From Candidatus Kaiserbacteria bacterium RIFCSPHIGHO2_01_FULL_53_29 (GTDB lineage Bacteria; Patescibacteriota; Minisyncoccia; Phycocordibacterales; UBA2100), in assembly GCA_001781125.1 (NCBI GenBank), contig MFKT01000029.1, forward strand, positions 4,040-68,039: a stretch of DNA of 64,000 nucleotides, written 5' to 3'. A program made the position numbers and the translations under genes. Numbering within the stretch: position 1 is the first letter of the stretch; every line of letters begins with the position of its first letter. The notes under the pieces were generated by a model. It saw only the letters and a list, made by a program, of their open reading frames with translations. It was not told the origin of the DNA and made no database searches. Shown in pieces: positions 1 to 9,248 of the stretch.

Positions 1-106
1 TTGAAGTTGGTTCATTCCGCAATTCTCTACGCGCAGCTTCGATTCCGCTAAGTCGTTCGAAGAACATGTGAAGTTCGAATAAGAACCATCCGTAATCGAG
101 TTCCAT
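1..106 (-). CDS. 5' part of a hypothetical protein running off the window (MELDYGWFLFELHMFFERLSG...)
   Basis: ATG at 106-104 preceded by GAGGAG Shine-Dalgarno (118-113); frame open to the window edge; upstream consensus promoter. Confidence 0.55.
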   Translation of the reverse strand, partial: MELDYGWFLFELHMFFERLSGIEAARRELRNEPTS

Positions 107-131
107 AGCTCACTCCTCTTTCTTCATGTCA

Positions 132-269
132 AAGAGCCGCGTATGAACGCGGCTCTTGGGTTGCGATTGAGTTGCGAGGATACTCGTCTCCCTCAAAAAT
201 TTTCCACAGCCCACGGTATTGAAACCACGTTCCATGGAAAGTTTTTGAAGAGGCTTTACCTATCCTCAC
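132..269 (-). promoter_or_regulatory. Structured 5' leader or small ncRNA: ~96-nt long hairpin (174-269) followed by an 11-bp hairpin (132-157)
   Basis: Minus strand GTGAGGATA/TATCCTCGC closing stem, CCTCTTCAAAAACTTTCCA/TGGAAAATTTTTGAGGG middle stem; second hairpin AAGAGCCGCGT-TCAT-ACGCGGCTCTT. Confidence 0.55.
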
Positions 270-277
270 TGTTTGCC

Positions 278-306
278 ATCATACACCCGCTAGGTAATAT
301 TGTCAA
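278..306 (-). promoter_or_regulatory. Sigma70 promoter
   Basis: TTGACA (306-301), 17 bp spacer, TATGAT (283-278), overlapping the tatD 3' end. Confidence 0.7.
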
Positions 307-1141
307 GTCCAAAAACACGCCTCGAGTTAGCCATAATTCGGGTAGCGACTTTCTCAAAGTCTTCGCCGCGGATGTCGGCGATCTTTTGAACGATGAGGGG
401 GATGTAGGCGGATTCGTTGCGCTTGCCGCGGTGGGGCTCGGGAGTCACATACGGCGCGTCGGTCTCGGAAAGCAACATGTCGAGCGGCGTGTTTCTGATG
501 GCTTCGTCGTAATCGTGGGTAAACGTAATGACGCCGGTGAATGAGAGAGTGAATCCGAAATCCAAGAATTTCTTTGCCGTATCCCAATCCCCCGCAAAAA
601 AGTGCACGTCGCCTTTTACTTTCGCGTGCACTTTGAGAATTTCGAGCGCATCATCGTATGCGCTTGCCTCGCTGGAGCCTTGCGGCAGCGGGTTTCTGAT
701 GTGCAACATCAACGGCTTACCGAGTTTGTTGGCGAGTTCAATCTGTTCAATAAATGCTTTCGATTGCACGTCTTTGGTGCTCTCTTCAACGCGGTAGTAA
801 TCGAGCCCGCATTCCCCGATCGCAATGACACGCGGCGATGCTCCAAGTGTTTCGTACGCGGCGAAGTCGAAGACTTCGCCGCGGGAGGTAAACTCTTTGC
901 CCCCTTCCCCGAGTTCTTTAACGTCGTGGTAAGACTTTGCGGTGTGAACGGGATGCAAGCCGATGGTCGCAAACACATTGTCGTACTTTTCTGCGAGCTC
1001 GACCGCCGCCCTCGATGTATCGAGCTGTGTCCCCACGACATTCATTCCCACTTCTGCCTCTTTGGCACGCACAATACTTGCTTCGCGGTCGTCGTTGTAC
1101 GCGACAAAGTTTACATGCGTATGTGCGTCGAAATATTTCAT
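290..1141 (-). CDS. tatD: TatD family DNase/metallohydrolase
   Basis: DAHTH, IGLHP, IGECGLDY, LSETDAPY motifs; start placed at MKYFDAH. Confidence 0.93.
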   Translation of the reverse strand: MKYFDAHTHVNFVAYNDDREASIVRAKEAEVGMNVVGTQLDTSRAAVELAEKYDNVFATIGLHPVHTAKSYHDVKELGEGGKEFTSRGEVFDFAAYETLGASPRVIAIGECGLDYYRVEESTKDVQSKAFIEQIELANKLGKPLMLHIRNPLPQGSSEASAYDDALEILKVHAKVKGDVHFFAGDWDTAKKFLDFGFTLSFTGVITFTHDYDEAIRNTPLDMLLSETDAPYVTPEPHRGKRNESAYIPLIVQKIADIRGEDFEKVATRIMANSRRVFGLDNIT

Positions 1142-1271
1142 CCCATTAGAAGTCCGTCGCTGGTTGTTCATACATCTGTCTTAAACATTACGTTTCGTTT
1201 GCTTTGCTGACTCAATAAGCTTCGCAGAAAAATTTGGATTAAATCTTTCTGCCCAGGACTTCTAACGGGAT
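1140..1271. mobile_element. MITE-like element with 16-bp terminal inverted repeats (CCCGTTAGA family)
   Basis: ATCCCATTAGAAGTCC (1140-1155) ... GGACTTCTAACGGGAT (1256-1271), one mismatch; fills the whole gap between the two genes. Confidence 0.6.
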
Positions 1272-2144
1272 TCATATGGCCAAGAGTCCTATCGCAAAGA
1301 ACGATACCACGACCGCAATGAACTTGCGCACATTGATGTGATCGCGGTACCACCACACCGAGAGGACTATCGGTATCAAAATGTAGTGGGCTTGAATGAC
1401 GTAGACGATGCTCACGAGTCCAGTGCTCAAGGCCATGAAAAGCGAGAGCGAGGAAAGGAACGAGAAAACCCCAGAGAGAGCGCTTAAATAGATATCCCGC
1501 TGATCCGCTCGCGAGAAGTTCGAGTATTTGAATCCTCGCTGCTTGACTAAAATGACCCCGGACGTAAAGGAGCCGGTGATTTGCGATATGACAAGGAACA
1601 AAATGACCGCGGATTCGTACGTAACTCCCCGCTTGCTCAAGAGGAGCGACACGGCCGAAAGGACGCCGGAAACGATGAGCAGTTTGAGTCCAAGCGATAA
1701 ATTTTTCTGGCGATGATGTTCAACGGACGTGACAAGGAGTAGCGGAACCGTAAGGCTGAGTGCGATGCCGACATATTGCGTCAGTTTCAGCGCATCGTGG
1801 AACAGCAGCACGCCACCGACGACGACAAGGAGCGGTCCGATGAGCTTATGGAGTGGAAAATAGAGAACACTATCGATGTATTTGAGTGATTCGATGCGGA
1901 CATAGTTGGAGAGGCCGTGGCCGATACCCGCCGCAATGCCGAAGAACGCTATCATTTTCCACGCAGGCGGGGCATCGCGCAGAGAAAACAATATAATAAC
2001 AGCTAATATTGCAGAGACGGCGTAAGAAAGCATCGAGAAGAACGCTGCACTGCGCCCCTCCTCGGCTACTATCTTTTGCATGAAAAGCGCGATACCGGCA
2101 AAGAAAGTCGACGCAAACGTCCACAAAAAGGTCGCCTGATCCAT
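1272..2144 (-). CDS. EamA/DMT family transporter
   Basis: 290 aa, about 10 hydrophobic segments in two repeats. Confidence 0.75.
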   Translation of the reverse strand: MDQATFLWTFASTFFAGIALFMQKIVAEEGRSAAFFSMLSYAVSAILAVIILFSLRDAPPAWKMIAFFGIAAGIGHGLSNYVRIESLKYIDSVLYFPLHKLIGPLLVVVGGVLLFHDALKLTQYVGIALSLTVPLLLVTSVEHHRQKNLSLGLKLLIVSGVLSAVSLLLSKRGVTYESAVILFLVISQITGSFTSGVILVKQRGFKYSNFSRADQRDIYLSALSGVFSFLSSLSLFMALSTGLVSIVYVIQAHYILIPIVLSVWWYRDHINVRKFIAVVVSFFAIGLLAI

Positions 2145-2182
2145 GCCTTTCTATTCTAGTGTTCTTAAGAACATAGGAATAG

Positions 2183-3622
2183 TTATCCTTTCCGGGGGAA
2201 AAGATTCTCCGGTTTTTTGTTGTCGCGAATACAGTCCTTGATCTTTTCACTCGTCGTTGGCATAAAGGGTTCGAGAAGTTCGGCAATGACTCCTAGCCGG
2301 CTTACTAATGTACCGATAACTTTTATTGCTTTCTCTCGATCACTTGAAATCAACTTGAATGGCTGCTCCTTTTGAATAACTTCATCGGCGAGGGTTACGA
2401 ATTCCCACACGACACTAATAGCACGATTTATATCAAATTGATCGAGGGCCTTATTGTAAGTAACTGACACGAGTTTTTCTCGGGTCACAGGAGTTGTTAC
2501 GTGGTCAGAGGCCATCTTCATAACTCGAGAAACCAGATTTCCAAGACCGTTCGCAAGATCGGCGTTATAGGCTCCCTTGAATTTTTCTATCGTAAAATCG
2601 GAATCCTCAAAGGGGTGGATATGCCGCGCAAGATAGTAGCGAAGCGCATCGACGCCGTACTCATCGACGATTGCGATAGGATCTATCACGTTCCCGACCG
2701 ATTTGGACATCTTTTCACCACCTATCGTAATAAATCCGTGAATGATTATCTGCTTCGTCGGTGGAAGTCCTGCCGACATGAGCATTGCTTGCCACATCGC
2801 CGTCTGCTGGCGTATTTGGTCCTTGCCTGCCATTTGTATAGCATTTGGGGCATTCTTTGTCCCCCAGAATTTTTCGAAGTTCGCTGTGTTTTCAGGCCAT
2901 CCCAAAGTCGAGATGTAATTAATGAGGGCGTCGAACCATACGAACATGACGTGTTCTTGGTCATCGGGTACTGGAACCCCCCACGGCATCTTTGATTTGA
3001 GCCGAGAAATAGAAAAGTCTTCGAGCCCTTCTTCGACGAACCGTTTTATCTCATTGAACCGGAAATCTGGCACAACGAGCGTGGGATTTTTTTGATAGAG
3101 ATCAAGAAGTTTCTCCCGGTACTTCGAGAACTTGAAGAAATAATTTTCTTCCTCTCTGATTTCAATTTCAAGATTCGGGTGGATGGGGCAGCACCCGTCG
3201 ATAAGCTCTGAATCCGTCTTTTCCAGCTCACATCCAACACAGTATTTGGTCTTGTAGAACTTCTTTTCGATATCGCCGTTAGATTTACAGCGCTTCCAGA
3301 ACTCCTGCGCTGCCGCTTTATGATGCGGATCGGTCGTGCGGATAAAATGCAGGCCGGGAGATAAGCCCAGCTTATCTTTCAGGTCGCGGAATTTCGCAGC
3401 GTATTCGTCCACGTACGCCTGTGTGTCCTTCCCCTCCTCCTGCGCCTTGCGATAGATCTTGAGTCCATGCTCGTCGGTACCGGTATTGAAGAAAACATCG
3501 TCACCAAGAAGTGCATGGTAGCGCGCGACGATATCGGCCTGCACGATCTCAAGCGCGAAGCCAATATGCGGATCGGAGTTCACATATGGGAGAGTTGTCG
3601 TTAAATAAAAAGGCTTCCCCAT
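2183..3622 (-). CDS. metG: Methionine--tRNA ligase, short form without the C-terminal tRNA-binding domain
   Basis: YVNSDPHIGF (HIGH-like), GTDEHG, VWFDALINY, KMSKS. Confidence 0.95.
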   Translation of the reverse strand: MGKPFYLTTTLPYVNSDPHIGFALEIVQADIVARYHALLGDDVFFNTGTDEHGLKIYRKAQEEGKDTQAYVDEYAAKFRDLKDKLGLSPGLHFIRTTDPHHKAAAQEFWKRCKSNGDIEKKFYKTKYCVGCELEKTDSELIDGCCPIHPNLEIEIREEENYFFKFSKYREKLLDLYQKNPTLVVPDFRFNEIKRFVEEGLEDFSISRLKSKMPWGVPVPDDQEHVMFVWFDALINYISTLGWPENTANFEKFWGTKNAPNAIQMAGKDQIRQQTAMWQAMLMSAGLPPTKQIIIHGFITIGGEKMSKSVGNVIDPIAIVDEYGVDALRYYLARHIHPFEDSDFTIEKFKGAYNADLANGLGNLVSRVMKMASDHVTTPVTREKLVSVTYNKALDQFDINRAISVVWEFVTLADEVIQKEQPFKLISSDREKAIKVIGTLVSRLGVIAELLEPFMPTTSEKIKDCIRDNKKPENLFPRKG

Positions 3623-3626
3623 GAGA

Positions 3627-4685
3627 CTATTCTGTGGCCTTGCCCAAGCGGCCGGTCTCTATGTCGCGTGCAAGTTCCTGTATCGCCGCCGCCACGGGCA
3701 CAGAGAGAATGACGCCGAGGAAACCGGCGAGTTCGGCACCTATGATGAGCGCGAGGATCACGAGAAGTGGCGGCACGCCGACCACGCGCGTGACGACCAA
3801 CGGGTAAATGAGGTGATTCTCAAATTGCTGGAATATGACATAAAGCGCGACCACCAGAAGGCCGATCGTAACGCCGCCGTCTACAAATCCGATCATGACA
3901 GCGGGCACCGCAGCCAAGGTGGGCCCAAAGACAGGAATAATCTCGAAAACCGCGGCAATAACGGCCAAGACGAGGGCATGCTTCACTCCAAGAATCGTGA
4001 GCCCGAGATAGACCAAAACGCCCATGACGAGCGCCAAGATAAGCTGCCCCTGCATCCACAATCCGATCTTGTGCTGTGCTCTTCGCCACAGATCGAGAAT
4101 ATAGCTTTGGTACTTTTTTGGAGCGATAATGTGCAGGAAATCATCAACTCCCGTCTCCAATACCGCAAAGTAGAAAGAGAAGACGATGATCAAAATGAGA
4201 GAGAAGACTCCTCCGAAGATCGTCGAGATGGTGGTGAAAGCGTCGCCGAAAATGCTGCTGACGTCGAGCGCGCTCCTGATACTCGCCATAATGTCGTTGG
4301 ACGAGACCAGTGATGGCGCAGGAACGCCCAGTATGTTGGCATAGGTATCAAAGGCGCCACTGCGGCTGAAGGCATCAAGATACGTTGGAAGTGTTGCAAC
4401 GAACGTTGCGAAATCTTCGAGGATCGAGGGAAAGAAGAAGTAGAAGAGAACGAAAAAGAGAACGAATAACAAAAGATACACGGTGATAACGGCGAGAGTG
4501 CGCGGCAACCTCCAACGCATAAGCGCCCGTACTCCCGGCTCGATGGCTGAAGCGATCACGACGGCCGCAAGTACGTCCAAGACGATGCCACGAAGTGTGA
4601 AAAGAAGCCACGCAGCTACCAAGATGACGATGGCTTTGACCACCGTCCCCGCCGTGATAGACACATTGATGGAGCGGTCTTCCAT
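3627..4685 (-). CDS. AI-2E family transporter (PerM-like)
   Basis: Hydrophobic; IPVFGP, QQFENHLIYP, GFLGVILSVPVAA motifs. Confidence 0.88.
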   Translation of the reverse strand: MEDRSINVSITAGTVVKAIVILVAAWLLFTLRGIVLDVLAAVVIASAIEPGVRALMRWRLPRTLAVITVYLLLFVLFFVLFYFFFPSILEDFATFVATLPTYLDAFSRSGAFDTYANILGVPAPSLVSSNDIMASIRSALDVSSIFGDAFTTISTIFGGVFSLILIIVFSFYFAVLETGVDDFLHIIAPKKYQSYILDLWRRAQHKIGLWMQGQLILALVMGVLVYLGLTILGVKHALVLAVIAAVFEIIPVFGPTLAAVPAVMIGFVDGGVTIGLLVVALYVIFQQFENHLIYPLVVTRVVGVPPLLVILALIIGAELAGFLGVILSVPVAAAIQELARDIETGRLGKATE

Positions 4686-4728
4686 TCCCCGCATCGTAAC
4701 ATAGCACCTGTAAACGGCTAGCCAGAAG

Positions 4729-6072
4729 TCATTTTTGAGCCCCAACAACGGACAAGAGTTCGGCAACTGCGATGCGTTGCTGCTCACCCGTATCGCGGTC
4801 GCGTATCGTCACCGTGTCTTTCCCGCCAGAGGCGGACCCGCCTCCGGCGGGGAGTTCTCCCAATGTTTCGAAATCAATGGTGATGCAGTAGGGTGTGCCG
4901 ATCTCGTCCTGCCGGCGGTAGCGTTTGCCGATGTTACCGTTATCGTCCCACATTATTTGCGGTACGGATTTTTTGAGCATCTGGTACACCTCGCGTGCCT
5001 TTGCGACGAGCTCGGGTTTATTTTTGAGAAGCGGGAAAACGGCGGCCTTGATAGGCGCGACCGCTTTATTGAATTTTAGATATGTGCGAACATCTTTATC
5101 CGCGCCGTCTTCCCTATAGGCGCTTGCGAGAATGGCAAGAATGGTGCGGTCAACACCGAACGACGGTTCTATCACATGCGGAATGAAACGCTGTCCTCCA
5201 CCTTCCGGCGAATCGTCGAGATATGAAAGCTCCACGCCCGAGGCCGCTGAATGGGCAAAGAGATCGAAATCGGTGCGATATGCGAGCCCGTACAATTCTT
5301 TGCGACCGAATGGGAAATCGAACTCGAAATCTATCGTGCGCTTGGAATAGTGTGCGCGATCACCGTCTGCGACTTCGAGTTCGTGTACCGATTCGCGACT
5401 AATACCCACAGCCTCGTTGAATGAGTGAATGTTTTCCCTCCACATTTCAAATGAACCCTTCCATTGCGTGGGATGAACAAAATATTCGATCTCCATCTGC
5501 TCGAATTCACGTGAACGAAAAAGAAAATCGCGCGGCGCGATCTCGTTCCTAAACGCTTTGCCGATCTGCGCGATGCCGAAAGGCAATTTCGGATGGAATG
5601 AATCGATAATATTCTTGAAATTCACGAAAATCCCGCCGGCTGTCTCGGGCCGCAAATAAGAAATCGATGATTCATCTTCAGTCGCGCCGATCTGAGTCTT
5701 AAACATCATATTGAACTGCCGCACGTCGCCAAACAGTCCGCCGCATTCCGGACACGCCTCGCCTGCCTGATCGGCGCGGAATCTTCGCTTGCATTTTTTG
5801 CATTCGACGAGCGGATCGGAAAATCCGCTCACGTGCCCGCTCGCTTCCCACGCCCTTGGGTTCATGAGGATTGCGGCGTCCAATCCGCACATGTCGTCGC
5901 GATCCTGCACGAACATCCTCCACCAGAGCTGTTTGACATTATTTTTCAACTCGACTCCCAAGGGGCCATAGTCCCACGTACCGGAGAGCCCACCGTAGAT
6001 CTCCGAGCCGGGATAAATAAAGCCGCGACGTTTTGCGAGAGAGACTATTCTTTCCATGGGTACCTCGCTCAT
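4729..6072 (-). CDS. glyS: Glycine--tRNA ligase, alpha2 (dimeric) type
   Basis: KRRGFIYP, LRPETAGGIF, FRNEIAP, REFEQMEIEYF, RYRRQDEIGTP. Confidence 0.95.
   Translation of the reverse strand: MSEVPMERIVSLAKRRGFIYPGSEIYGGLSGTWDYGPLGVELKNNVKQLWWRMFVQDRDDMCGLDAAILMNPRAWEASGHVSGFSDPLVECKKCKRRFRADQAGEACPECGGLFGDVRQFNMMFKTQIGATEDESSISYLRPETAGGIFVNFKNIIDSFHPKLPFGIAQIGKAFRNEIAPRDFLFRSREFEQMEIEYFVHPTQWKGSFEMWRENIHSFNEAVGISRESVHELEVADGDRAHYSKRTIDFEFDFPFGRKELYGLAYRTDFDLFAHSAASGVELSYLDDSPEGGGQRFIPHVIEPSFGVDRTILAILASAYREDGADKDVRTYLKFNKAVAPIKAAVFPLLKNKPELVAKAREVYQMLKKSVPQIMWDDNGNIGKRYRRQDEIGTPYCITIDFETLGELPAGGGSASGGKDTVTIRDRDTGEQQRIAVAELLSVVGAQK
4822..4851. repeat. Palindromic element in frame inside glyS (encodes PAGGGSASGG)
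   Basis: CCCGCCAGAGGCGG-AC-CCGCCTCCGGCGGG; near-identical copy at 51014-51041 in the TrmH gene. Confidence 0.8.
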
Positions 6073-6215
6073 ACCCGGCGAGTACAATTTCGAATAATTC
6101 CTGCCGCGGTTTCAACAGCGAAAATATTGCAAAATGTCTGCGTCATGCTTTCTCCCGTACGCTGATTCATACTCATACAAGGCGATTCGAAATTGTCCTG
6201 CCGGGCATAGGACGC

Positions 6216-8180
6216 TCACTTTACCACAGTGGCATTGACCGCACTAAATCCAGGATCGCCGAGAATATTCGTCGTGACGTCCTTCACGTTGCGCGTTATC
6301 GGGGCATTCGTCGACGCATCAGTACCGCTCAAAGAAATATTCTGCAGAAGCGGCGGCTCCTGACCGATCTGGCTCGTGGAGGGGGTGAAGCCGATCGCGA
6401 TCGCGACCTGTCGTGGTTGGGTCCCATTCAATCCCACCCCCGGCGCGATATCGCCCATGTTCCATGTGACGGTGCCATTGCTTTGGTTGAACGTCAGCTT
6501 CCCTGTGTCCGGATCACATTCCGAACGAGGACTGCAGATCCCTACATAGCGCACATAGGGCGGCAGATGCGCGGTGACCTTTGCATCAGAAATTTTATTC
6601 GTGGTGTTCGTGACCGTAAAGACAATGGCGTAGGTGGTTTCCGTCCCCGCCTTCGACGGCATTGGCCCGACACTGCCGAATGGATTCGCATAGTAGAGTC
6701 CCTGTGCCGTGAGCGATAGATCGCTTGCAAGTGAGACTTTTTGGCTCGCTGTGGCCTGTAAGTTTTCCGGCACACCCGATTCTGATACGCGCTTGCCGGC
6801 GGCATTAACAGAAATATTCAGGCGCGGATTGATTATTGTTTTGAGAGTGTCGCTCGTAGGCATTTTGAATGAGAATCCGACCGTTCCGTGGGCATTCGGA
6901 GACAAATTTGTCAGGACACCTCCCGTCGTGGTCTTATCCCAAAGCAGCGTCCCGTCGCTGGATCGATAGAAGCCATCGCTTGTGTGGAGTGTGCTTCCAT
7001 CTATTTCAAATCCAGAGAGCCGCGCCACAATGACCGCATCGAGAATGCTCGTGGGAAGATTATTTTGCCACGCGATCGAGACGGTGACATTGTCCCCGGG
7101 AGAAACGACGACACCAGGCCCCGAAGCGCCATTGATAGAAACGGCGAGACCGAGAAAGGGTCTGGATACCGATATCTTGAATATATTGTCTGCCAAGAAC
7201 CTCTGGATCACCGTGGAAGTCGCGTCGTGGCGCGTGCCAGCGCTAAAGTGAAAGACCCGATCATCGCCTTCTTGTCCGGAGAGCGTACCGTTGATCGTGA
7301 CCGTGCGTTTTTGCCCCGGTGCCAAGTCCCCGATCCACCACAGGTTGCCACTTGAAGGTGGGGGTAGCGCGGAGGAGAATTTGAAGCCGAACGGATACTG
7401 TGCACTTAAGAGCACGTCTTTGACCGGAGCATTCGCGTTGGAAGTGACAGAAACGGTGAGCTCCACCGGCTGGCCGGAAATGGTGTCGTTATTGCCCTCG
7501 ACCACAAGCGAGAGGGGCGAGGAACTGAAAGTAACACTGTAATCCGATGACGCAAGAAAGATCGCACTGGATCCATCGATACGATATTCAAGCTCGACTT
7601 TGATGTCGGCATGTTCGCCCTCGTTCCCGGCAAAGACCGCCGAGACCGTGCCCTGTCTCGTGCCTCCCGACTCGATCGTGCCGAGCGAGATACGCTGACT
7701 CTGAAGTGTCGTCGCAAAATCGGTCGGTGATCGTGTCCCCGAAGGATACGTGATCACAAGATCCGCGAGCTCCAATTCTACTTTGTTCCTGTTCTCAACA
7801 ACGATCTGAAGCTCCGTGGGAAGCCCTCCTTCGATCTGCGGCGGGCCTGAAATGGAAATGCCGATATTATTCGGTGAAGCGACGCTACTCCCTCCACCGA
7901 AAAGAAAAAAGTATCCGAAAAATCCCACTGCACCGATAAAAAAGACGATGGCAATGCCCAAAAACCACCAGAGCGCCGATCGCGCAAGCCCCATCGCGCG
8001 TGGCGCAACAATGATGCCCGCAATTTTCTCTTGCGTCTCGACAAAATCCTCCCCCACAGTTCTCTGCGATGTCCCCAGTGGGCGGCGCGTGCGATCCTGG
8101 ATCTTCGGCGAGAGCGAGCGCGAGTACATTGCACGCCTCAAACGCTCGATCTTTTCCTTCTCATGTTCCGAGAGGTCCAT
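6216..8180 (-). CDS. Membrane-anchored protein with repeated Ig-like beta domains (DUF11-like)
   Basis: Single TM near residues 70-93, then repeated beta-rich modules (W-x-IGDLAPG). Confidence 0.7.
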   Translation of the reverse strand: MDLSEHEKEKIERLRRAMYSRSLSPKIQDRTRRPLGTSQRTVGEDFVETQEKIAGIIVAPRAMGLARSALWWFLGIAIVFFIGAVGFFGYFFLFGGGSSVASPNNIGISISGPPQIEGGLPTELQIVVENRNKVELELADLVITYPSGTRSPTDFATTLQSQRISLGTIESGGTRQGTVSAVFAGNEGEHADIKVELEYRIDGSSAIFLASSDYSVTFSSSPLSLVVEGNNDTISGQPVELTVSVTSNANAPVKDVLLSAQYPFGFKFSSALPPPSSGNLWWIGDLAPGQKRTVTINGTLSGQEGDDRVFHFSAGTRHDATSTVIQRFLADNIFKISVSRPFLGLAVSINGASGPGVVVSPGDNVTVSIAWQNNLPTSILDAVIVARLSGFEIDGSTLHTSDGFYRSSDGTLLWDKTTTGGVLTNLSPNAHGTVGFSFKMPTSDTLKTIINPRLNISVNAAGKRVSESGVPENLQATASQKVSLASDLSLTAQGLYYANPFGSVGPMPSKAGTETTYAIVFTVTNTTNKISDAKVTAHLPPYVRYVGICSPRSECDPDTGKLTFNQSNGTVTWNMGDIAPGVGLNGTQPRQVAIAIGFTPSTSQIGQEPPLLQNISLSGTDASTNAPITRNVKDVTTNILGDPGFSAVNATVVK

Positions 8181-8221
8181 CGCGAAATTATATCACGGTG
8201 ATGGTGTGCCCTCGCGGAACA

Positions 8222-8656
8222 TTAGAATCTCAATTTATATGGATTTGTTTCGACAATTTCAAATCCGAGCTTTTTATACAATACGTTCGCGGCGGCGCGG
8301 TCGGAGGCACTTGTCAAAAAAAGGCTTCCGACTTTTTTCTTGCGTGCTTCCGCAATTATCGAACGCATAAGTTTTTCACCAAGTCCTTGGCCGCGGTATT
8401 CCTTACCCACAACGACATCTTCGACACACCCGACGCGCTTGCCGACTTTCGGCATCACGTACAGTGTAGCCATGCCGACGATTTTCCCGTCATCCTTGGC
8501 AACCATCAAAATTGCATGTTTATTCTTAACGACTTCGCGCAAATCGGAAAGGGATCCTGAACGTTCTGAAGGTTTCCTGCGCAATTGTGATAACAAATGA
8601 CAAATATCTTTGAGTGCACTCGCGGAGGATACCGTCAGTGGCGCGATCCGAATCAT
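8222..8656 (-). CDS. GNAT family N-acetyltransferase
   Basis: VEDVVV...YRGQGLG motif A; ANVLYKKLGF. Confidence 0.9.
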   Translation of the reverse strand: MIRIAPLTVSSASALKDICHLLSQLRRKPSERSGSLSDLREVVKNKHAILMVAKDDGKIVGMATLYVMPKVGKRVGCVEDVVVGKEYRGQGLGEKLMRSIIAEARKKKVGSLFLTSASDRAAANVLYKKLGFEIVETNPYKLRF

Positions 8657-8671
8657 AGCTAGAGCCTACAC

Positions 8672-9244
8672 TTAGAGGTGCGTTTCCGCAATTGCGCGAT
8701 TGATGGATGAGAGCAGTTTGTCTTTCATCGTCTCCGCTTCGACGAGACTCTCGCCAGTGTATGCGGTGTGGGTGAAAAGCGCGGTCGAAAGCGCTTCGGT
8801 CGAGATGTAGCCGAGCGCAAAGAGGACTCGTGCGACACACACGATCTCGATGGTCGCGAGCGCCTCGCGTTTCGGTCGCATCAGTGCATCGTGCCCTTCG
8901 GCAAGTGCGGCAAAGAGATACGGATTTGCTTCTTCACCCTGGACGAGCCGCGACACGAGAAGTGCGATGCGCGCAAATGCGGCAACGCCTCTCGGATCAC
9001 CGTGCGCCGTTTGGGTTGCAGCTGCGCCAGCAAGGCGCCAGCCACGTTTGCCGCGCACGAGCCCCGTATTTGCGCGCGAATAGTTCTGGAGAGCATAACG
9101 CATCCGCGACGTTTCCTTCCTCACCGCGCTTGCGCGTGCGCGCACGAGCCCGAAATCCTTCGTGTAGAGCGCGAACACCCGATCATTCTCCCCGCTCTCG
9201 CGGCTCCCAAGCACTAACGCGTCTGTTTGATATTTTTGGTACAT
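8672..9244 (-). CDS. recO: DNA repair protein RecO
   Basis: N-terminal OB fold: ALVLGSRESGENDRVFALYTKDFGLVRARA. Confidence 0.8.
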   Translation of the reverse strand: MYQKYQTDALVLGSRESGENDRVFALYTKDFGLVRARASAVRKETSRMRYALQNYSRANTGLVRGKRGWRLAGAAATQTAHGDPRGVAAFARIALLVSRLVQGEEANPYLFAALAEGHDALMRPKREALATIEIVCVARVLFALGYISTEALSTALFTHTAYTGESLVEAETMKDKLLSSINRAIAETHL

Positions 9245-9248
9245 GTAT

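Noticed and set aside
5190-5215. Second palindromic insert in glyS (SPEGGGQ)
   Set aside because: The peptide looks like an insert but the hairpin is too degenerate to support
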